64,000 nucleotides of DNA from Paragordius varius (taxonomy: Eukaryota; Animalia; Nematomorpha), in assembly GCA_964247055.1 (NCBI GenBank), contig OZ176050.1:1178001-1242000 (forward strand), given 5' to 3'. The first letter of the stretch is position 1, and the number at the start of each line of letters is the position of its first letter. The notes under the pieces were generated by a model, which was not told the DNA's origin, ran no database searches, and worked only from the letters and a program-made list of their open reading frames with translations. The position numbers and the translations under genes are program-made. Below, in pieces: positions 55,560-64,000 of this stretch.

Positions 55560-58500
55560 GGTGAACAAAATTATTTTTTATACATTCTCTTAGTAAAACT
55601 ACATCAAAATATAGAAATAGTTAAACAAATTCTTTCATATCCGATTTTTACAACGATACTTTAAAAATTAATGTATAAAACTAGTCGCATCAATACTCAA
55701 GTTAAATTTTGTCCTTAAAAATGGGATATTGGTCACCGGTGAACAAAACTATTTTTTATACATTCTCTTAGTAAGAATACATCAAAATATAGAGATAGTT
55801 TGACAAACTATTTCATATCCGATTTTTACAACGATACTTTAGAAATTAATGTATTAAACTAGTCGCATCAATACTCAAGTTAAACTTTGTCCTTAAAAAT
55901 CGGATATTGGTCACCGGTGAACAAAACTATTTTTTATACATTCTCTTAGTAGGACTACATCAAAATATAGAGATAGTTTGGCAAACTCTTTCATATCCGA
56001 TTTTTACAACGATACTTTAAAAATTATGGTATTAAACCAGTCGCATCAATACTCAAGTTACACTTTGTCCTTAAAAATCGGATATTGGTCACCGGTGAAC
56101 AAAACTACTTATTATACATTCTCTTAGTAAGACTACATCAAAATATAGAGATAGTTTGACAAACTCTTTCATATCCGATTTTTACAACGATACTTTAAAA
56201 ATTAATGTATTAAACTAGTCGCATCAATACTCAAGTTAAACTTTGTCCTTAAAAATCGGATATTGGTCACCGGTGAACGAAACTATTTTTTATACATTCT
56301 CTTAGTAGGACTACATCAAAATATAGAGATAGTTTGGCAAACTCTTTCATATCCGATTTTTACAACGATACTTTAAAAATTAATGTATTAAACTAGTCGC
56401 ATCAATACTCAAGTTAAACTTTGTCCTTAAAAATCGGATATTGGTCACCGGTGAACGAAACTATTTTTTATACATTCTCTTAGTAGGACTACATCAAAAT
56501 ATAGAGATAGTTTGGCAAACTCTTTCATATCCGATTTTTACAACGATACTTTAAAAATTAATGTATAAAACTAGTCGCATCAATACTCAAGTTAAACTTT
56601 GTCCTTAAAAATCGGATATTCGTCACCGGTGAACAAAATTATTTTTTATACATTCTCTTAGTAAGACTACATCAAAATAAGAAATAGTTTGACAAACTCT
56701 TTCATATCCGATATTACAACGATAAAGCTAAACATTGTCCTTAAAAATCGGATATTGGTCACCGGTGAACAAAACTATTTTTTATACATTCTCATTAAGA
56801 CTACATCAAAATATAGAGATAGTTTGACAAACTCTTTCATATCCGATTTTTACAGCGATACTTTAAAAATTAATGTATTAAACTAGTCGCATCAATACTC
56901 AAGTTAAACTTTGTCCTTAAAAATCGGATATTGGTCACCGGTGAACAAAATTATTTTTTATACATTCTCTTAGTAAGACTACATCAAAATATAGAGATAG
57001 TTTGACAAACTCTTTCTTATCCGATTTTTACAACGATACTTATAAAATTAATGTATAAAACTAGTCGCATCAATACTCAAGTTAAACTTTGTCCTTAAAA
57101 ATCGGATATTGGTCACCGGTGAACAAAATTATTTTTTATACATTCTCTTAGTAAAACTACATCAAAATATAGAAATAGTTAAACAAATTCTTTCATATCC
57201 GATTTTTACAACGATACTTTAAAAATTAATGTATAAAACTAGTCGCATCAATACTCAAGTTAAATTTTGTCCTTAAAAATGGGATATTGGTCACCGGTGA
57301 ACAAAACTATTTTTTATACATTCTCTTAGTAAGACTACATCAAAATATAGAGATAGTTTGACAAACTATTTCATATCCGATTTTTACAACGATACTTTAG
57401 AAATTAATGTATTAAACTAGTCGCATCAATACTCAAGTTAAACTTTGTCCTTAAAAATCGGATATTGGTCACCGGTGAACAAAACTATTTTTTATACATT
57501 CTCTTAGTAGGACTACATCAAAATATAGAGATAGTTTGGCAAACTCTTTCATATCCGATTTTTACAACGATACTTTAAAAATTATGGTATTAAACCAGTC
57601 GCATCAATACTCAAGTTACACTTTGTCCTTAAAAATCGGATATTGGTCACCGGTGAACAAAACTACTTATTATACATTCTCTTAGTAAGACTACATCAAA
57701 ATATAGAGATAGTTTGACAAACTCTTTCATATCCGATTTTTACAACGATACTTTAAAAATTAATGTATTAAACTAGTCGCATCAATACTCAAGTTAAACT
57801 TTGTCCTTAAAAATCGGATATTGGTCACCGGTGAACGAAACTATTTTTTATACATTCTCTTAGTAGGACTACATCAAAATATAGAGATAGTTTGGCAAAC
57901 TCTTTCATATCCGATTTTTACAACGATACTTTAAAAATTAATGTATTAAACTAGTCGCATCAATACTCAAGTTAAACTTTGTCCTTAAAAATCGGATATT
58001 GGTCACCGGTGAACGAAACTATTTTTTATACATTCTCTTAGTAGGACTACATCAAAATATAGAGATAGTTTGGCAAACTCTTTCATATCCGATTTTTACA
58101 ACGATACTTTAAAAATTAATGTATAAAACTAGTCGCATCAATACTCAAGTTAAACTTTGTCCTTAAAAATCGGATATTCGTCACCGGTGAACAAAATTAT
58201 TTTTTATACATTCTCTTAGTAAGACTACATCAAAATAAGAAATAGTTTGACAAACTCTTTCATATCCGATATTACAACGATAAAGCTAAACATTGTCCTT
58301 AAAAATCGGATATTGGTCACCGGTGAACAAAACTATTTTTTATACATTCTCATTAAGACTACATCAAAATATAGAGATAGTTTGACAAACTCTTTCATAT
58401 CCGATTTTTACAGCGATACTTTAAAAATTAATGTATTAAACTAGTCGCATCAATACTCAAGTTAAACTTTGTCCTTAAAAATCGGATATTGGTCACCGGT

Positions 58501-59950
58501 GAACAAAATTATTTTTTATACATTCTCTTAGTAAGACTACATCAAAATATAGAGATAGTTTGACAAACTCTTTCTTATCCGATTTTTACAACGATACTTA
58601 TAAAATTAATGTATAAAACTAGTCGCATCAATACTCAAGTTAAACTTTGTCCTTAAAAATCGGATATTGGTCACCGGTGAACAAAATTATTTTTTATACA
58701 TTCTCTTAGTAAAACTACATCAAAATATAGAAATAGTTAAACAAATTCTTTCATATCCGATTTTTACAACGATACTTTAAAAATTAATGTATAAAACTAG
58801 TCGCATCAATACTCAAGTTAAATTTTGTCCTTAAAAATGGGATATTGGTCACCGGTGAACAAAACTATTTTTTATACATTCTCTTAGTAAGACTACATCA
58901 AAATATAGAGATAGTTTGACAAACTATTTCATATCCGATTTTTACAACGATACTTTAGAAATTAATGTATTAAACTAGTCGCATCAATACTCAAGTTAAA
59001 CTTTGTCCTTAAAAATCGGATATTGGTCACCGGTGAACAAAACTATTTTTTATACATTCTCTTAGTAGGACTACATCAAAATATAGAGATAGTTTGGCAA
59101 ACTCTTTCATATCCGATTTTTACAACGATACTTTAAAAATTATGGTATTAAACCAGTCGCATCAATACTCAAGTTACACTTTGTCCTTAAAAATCGGATA
59201 TTGGTCACCGGTGAACAAAACTACTTATTATACATTCTCTTAGTAAGACTACATCAAAATATAGAGATAGTTTGACAAACTCTTTCATATCCGATTTTTA
59301 CAACGATACTTTAAAAATTAATGTATTAAACTAGTCGCATCAATACTCAAGTTAAACTTTGTCCTTAAAAATCGGATATTGGTCACCGGTGAACGAAACT
59401 ATTTTTTATACATTCTCTTAGTAGGACTACATCAAAATATAGAGATAGTTTGGCAAACTCTTTCATATCCGATTTTTACAACGATACTTTAAAAATTAAT
59501 GTATTAAACTAGTCGCATCAATACTCAAGTTAAACTTTGTCCTTAAAAATCGGATATTGGTCACCGGTGAACGAAACTATTTTTTATATATTCTCTTGTT
59601 CGGACTACATCAAAATATAGAGATAGTTTGGCAAACTCTTTCATATCCGATTTTTACAACGATACTTTAAAAATTAATGTATAAAACTAGTCGCATCAAT
59701 ACTCAAGTTAAACTTTGTCCTTAAAAATCGGATATTCGTCACCGGTGAACAAAATTATTTTTTATACATTCTCTTAGTAAGACTACATCAAAATAAGAAA
59801 TAGTTTGACAAACTCTTTCATATCCGATATTACAACGATAAAGCTAAACATTGTCCTTAAAAATCGGATATTGGTCACCGGTGAACAAAACTATTTTTTA
59901 TACATTCTCATTAAGACTACATCAAAATATAGAGATAGTTTGACAAACTC
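55560..59950 (+). repeat. Same 9-monomer 1,558-bp HOR, ~3 copies
   Basis: aaacaaattc at 55623/57181/58739; short monomers at 56689/58247/59805. Confidence 0.92.
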
Positions 59951-62900
59951 TTTCATATCCGATTTTTACAACGATACTTTAAAAATTAATGTATTAAACT
60001 AGTCGCATCAATACTCAAGTTAAACTTTGTCCTTTAAAATCGGATATTGATCACTAGGTGAACAAAATTATTTTTTATACATTCTCTTAGTAAGACTACA
60101 TCAAAATATAGAGATAGTTTGACAAACTCTTTCATATCCGATTTTTACAGCGATACTTTAAAAATTAATGTATTAAACTAGTCGCATCAATACATAAGTT
60201 AAACTTTGTCCTTAAAAATCGGATATTGGTCACCGGTGAACGAAACTATTTTTTATACATTCTCTTAGTAGGACTACATCAAAATATAGAGATAGTTTGG
60301 AAAACTCTTTAATATCCGATTTTTACAACGATACTTTAAAAATTATGGTATTAAACCAGTCGCATCAATACTCAAGTTACACTTTGTCCTTAAAAATCGG
60401 ATATTGGTCACAGGTGAACAAAACTACTTATTATACATTCTCTTAGTAAGACTACAACAAAATATAGAGATAGTTTGACAAACTCTTTCAAATCCGATTT
60501 TTACAACGATATTTAAAAATTAATGTATAAAACTAGTCGTATCAATAAATCGCATCAATACTCAAGTTAAACTTTGTCCTTAAAAATCGGATATTGGTCA
60601 CCGGTGAACAAAATTGTTTTTTATACATTCTCTTAGTAGGACTACATCAAAATATAGAGATAGTTTGGCAAACTCTTTCATATCCGATTTTTACAACGAT
60701 ACTTTAAAAATTAATGTATTAAACTAGTCGCATCAATACTCAAGTTAAACTTTGTCCTTAAAAATCGGATATTGGTCACCGGTGAACGAAACTATTTTTT
60801 ATACATTCTCTTAGTAGGACTACATCAAAATATAGAGATAGTTTGGCAAACTCTTTCATATCCGATTTTTACAACGATACTTTAAAAATTAATGTATAAA
60901 ACTAGTCGCATCAATACTCAAGTTAAACTTTGTCCTTAAAAATCGGATATTCGTCACCGGTGAACAAAATTATTTTTTATACATTCTCTTAGTAAGACTA
61001 CATCAAAATAAGAAATAGTTTGACAAACTCTTTCATATCCGATATTACAACGATAAAGCTAAACATTGTCCTTAAAAATCGGATATTGGTCACCGGTGAA
61101 CAAAACTATTTTTTATACATTCTCATTAAGACTACATCAAAATATAGAGATAGTTTGACAAACTCTTTCATATCCGATTTTTACAGCGATACTTTAAAAA
61201 TTAATGTATTAAACTAGTCGCATCAATACTCAAGTTAAACTTTGTCCTTAAAAATCGGATATTGGTCACCGGTGAACAAAATTATTTTTTATACATTCTC
61301 TTAGTAAGACTATATCAAAATATAGGATAGTTTGACAAACTCTTTCTTATCCGATTTTTACAACGATACTTATAAAATTAATGTATAAAACTAGTCGCAT
61401 CAATACTCAAGTTAAACTTTGTCCTTAAAAATCGGATATTGGTCACCGGTGAACAAAATTATTTTTTATACATTCTCTTAGTAAAACTACATCAAAATAT
61501 AGAAATAGTTAAACAAATTCTTTCATATCCGATTTTTACAACGATACTTTAAAAATTAATGTATAAAACTAGTCGCATCAATACTCAAGTTAAATTTTGT
61601 CCTTAAAAATGGGATATTGGTCACCGGTGAACAAAACTATTTTTTATACATTCTCTTAGTAAGACTACATCAAAATATAGAGATAGTTTGACAAACTATT
61701 TCATATCCGATTTTTACAACGATACTTTAGAAATTAATGTATTAAACTAGTCGCATCAATACTCAAGTTAAACTTTGTCCTTAAAAATCGGATATTGGTC
61801 ACCGGTGAACAAAACTATTTTTTATACATTCTCTTAGTAGGACTACATCAAAATATAGAGATAGTTTGGCAAACTCTTTCATATCCGATTTTTACAACGA
61901 TACTTTAAAAATTATGGTATTAAACCAGTCGCATCTATACTCAAGTTACACTTTGTCCTTAAAAATCGGATATTGGTCACCGGTGAACAAAACTACTTAT
62001 TATACATTCTCTTAGTAAGACTACATCAAAATATAGAGATAGTTTGACAAACTCTTTCATATCCGATTTTTACAACGATACTTTAAAAATTAATGTATTA
62101 AACTAGTCGCATCAATACTCAAGTTAAACTTTGTCCTTAAAAATCGGATATTGGTCACCGGTGAACGAAACTATTTTTTATACAATCTCTTAGTAGGACT
62201 ACATCAAAATATAGAGATAGTTTGGCAAACTCTTTCATATCCGATATTACAACGATAAAGCTAAACATTGTCCTTAAAAATCGGATATTGGTCACCGGTG
62301 AACAAAACTATTTTTTATACATTCTCATTAAGACTACATCAAAATATAGAGATAGTTTGACAAACTCTTTCATATCCGATTTTTACAGCGATACTTTAAA
62401 AATTAATGTATTAAACTAGTCGCATCAATACTCAAGTTAAACTTTGTCCTTAAAAATCGGATATTGGTCACCGGTGAACGAAACTATTTTTTATACATTC
62501 TCTTAGTAAGACTACATCAAAATAAGAAATAGTTTGACAAACTCTTTCATATCCGATATTACAACAATAAAGCTAAACATTGTCCTTAAAAATCGGATAT
62601 TGGTCACCGGTGAACAAAACTATTTTTTATACATTCTCATTAAGACTACATCAAAATATAGAGATAGTTTGACAAACTCTTTCATATCCGATTTTTACAG
62701 CGATACTTTAAAAATTAATGTATTAAACTAGTCGCATCAATACTCAAGTTAAACTTTGTCCTTAAAAATCGGATATTGGTCACCGGTGAACAAAATTATT
62801 TTTTATACATTCTCTTAGTAAGACTACATCAAAATATAGAGATAGTTTGACAAACTCTTTCTTATCCGATTTTTACAACGATACTTATAAAATTAATGTA

Positions 62901-64000
62901 TAAAACTAGTCGCATCAATACTCAAGTTAAACTTTGTCCTTAAAAATCGGATATTGGTCACCGGTGAACAAAATTATTTTTTATACATTCTCTTAGTAAG
63001 ACTACATCAAAATATAGAGATAGTTTGACAAACACTTTCATATCCGATTTTTACAACGATACTTTAAAAATTATGGTATTAAACCAGTCGCATCAATACT
63101 CAAGCCAAACATTGTCCTTAAAAATAGGATATTGGTCACCGGTGAACAAAATTATTTTTTATACATTCTCTTAGTAAGACTACATCAAAATATAGAGATA
63201 GTTTGACAAACTCTTTCATATCCGATTTTTACAACGATACTTTATAAATTATGGTATTAAACCAGTCGCATCAATACTCAAGTTAAACTTTGTCCTTAAA
63301 AATCGGATATTGGTCACCGGTGAACAAAACTATTTTTTATACATTCTCTTAGTAAGACTACATCAAAATATAGAGATAGTTTGACAAACTCTTTCATATC
63401 CGATTTTTACAACGATACTTTAAAAATTAATGTATTAAACTAGTCGCATCAATACTCAAGTTAAACTTTGTCCTTTAAAATCGGATATTGATCACTAGGT
63501 GAACAAAATTATTTTTTATACATTCTCTTAGTAAGACTACATCAAAATATAGAGATAGTTTGACAAACTCTTTCATATCCGATTTTTACAGCGATACTTT
63601 AAAAATTAATGTATTAAACTAGTCGCATCAATACATAAGTTAAACTTTGTCCTTAAAAATCGGATATTGGTCACCGGTGAACGAAACTATTTTTTATACA
63701 TTCTCTTAGTAGGACTACATCAAAATATAGAGATAGTTTGGAAAACTCTTTAATATCCGATTTTTACAACGATACTTTAAAAATTATGGTATTAAACCAG
63801 TCGCATCAATACTCAAGTTACACTTTGTCCTTAAAAATCGGATATTGGTCACCGGTGAACAAAACTACTTATTATACATTCTCTTAGTAAGACTACAACA
63901 AAATATAGAGATAGTTTGACAAACTCTTTCAAATCCGATTTTTACAACGATATTTAAAAATTAATGTATAAAACTAGTCGTATCAATAAATCGCATCAAT

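Larger units (their letters stand above)
1..64000 (+). repeat. Tandem satellite DNA array, ~178-bp AT-rich monomer, roughly 360 head-to-tail copies in one orientation, running off both ends of the window
   Basis: The motif acatcaaaat recurs at 1 and 179, and tgaacaaaat at 13321 and 13499 (period 178). Every line of the window matches the same consensus. Copy number is window length divided by ~178. A centromeric or pericentromeric location is inferred from monomer size, AT content and HORs, not shown. Confidence 0.99.
39431..64000 (+). repeat. ~12-kb tandem duplication: copy A 39,431-51,470, copy A' 51,471 to beyond the window end
   Basis: Offset 12,040 (gtattaaacg 39591/51631; accagtctat 39951/51991), then 11,692-11,693 (short monomers 42382/54075, 44997/56689, 46555/58247), then 12,881-12,882 (48138/61020, 49653/62534, cactaggt 50611/63493; window end 64000 corresponds to 51118). 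Confidence 0.92.

Noticed and set aside
42382-62731. Thirteen near-identical 65-aa ORFs (MTNSFISD...) as protein-coding genes
   Set aside because: They start at a TTG inside the satellite motif tttgacaaac and exist only because the 135-bp monomer is a multiple of 3 and has lost stop codons; the repeated TNSFISD is the next monomer. I recognise no domain, and there is no gene context. Ribosome profiling or proteomic evidence would be needed to revisit this.
1-64000. CRISPR array (palindromic motif at regular spacing)
   Set aside because: The sequence between palindromes is itself repeated, so there are no unique spacers; the period is 178 bp; there are no cas genes.
1-64000. Transposon insertions, strand inversions or telomeric repeats within the array
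   Set aside because: None was seen on reading through; every segment aligns by eye to the consensus in the same orientation. A very short insert could have been missed.

Overview
The whole 64 kb is one uninterrupted, head-to-tail, single-orientation tandem array of an AT-rich satellite monomer (178 bp, about 27.5% GC by manual count of the consensus), typical of eukaryotic centromeric or pericentromeric heterochromatin. I found no credible genes, RNA genes, transposon insertions, inversions or unique sequence. The 13 identical 65-aa ORFs are by-products of a 135-bp deletion monomer. I cannot name the satellite family or host, and I do not see a new gene-encoded system. The interest lies in sequence architecture. 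(i) The monomer has internal dyad symmetry: a perfect 14-bp inverted repeat centred on ACTAGT, a second interleaved 11-bp inverted repeat, and a 10-bp palindrome TCACCGGTGA. (ii) The array is partitioned into domains with different diagnostic variants (about 2-25 kb, 25-28 kb, 28-39.4 kb, 39.4-64 kb). (iii) Higher-order repeats (HORs) are nested at many scales (2- to 11-mers, a 7.7-kb-offset duplication, a ~12-kb tandem duplication). (iv) The stepwise origin and spread of the 135-bp monomer can be traced. All coordinates and periods were counted by hand from marker variants, so boundaries are approximate to within tens of bases.
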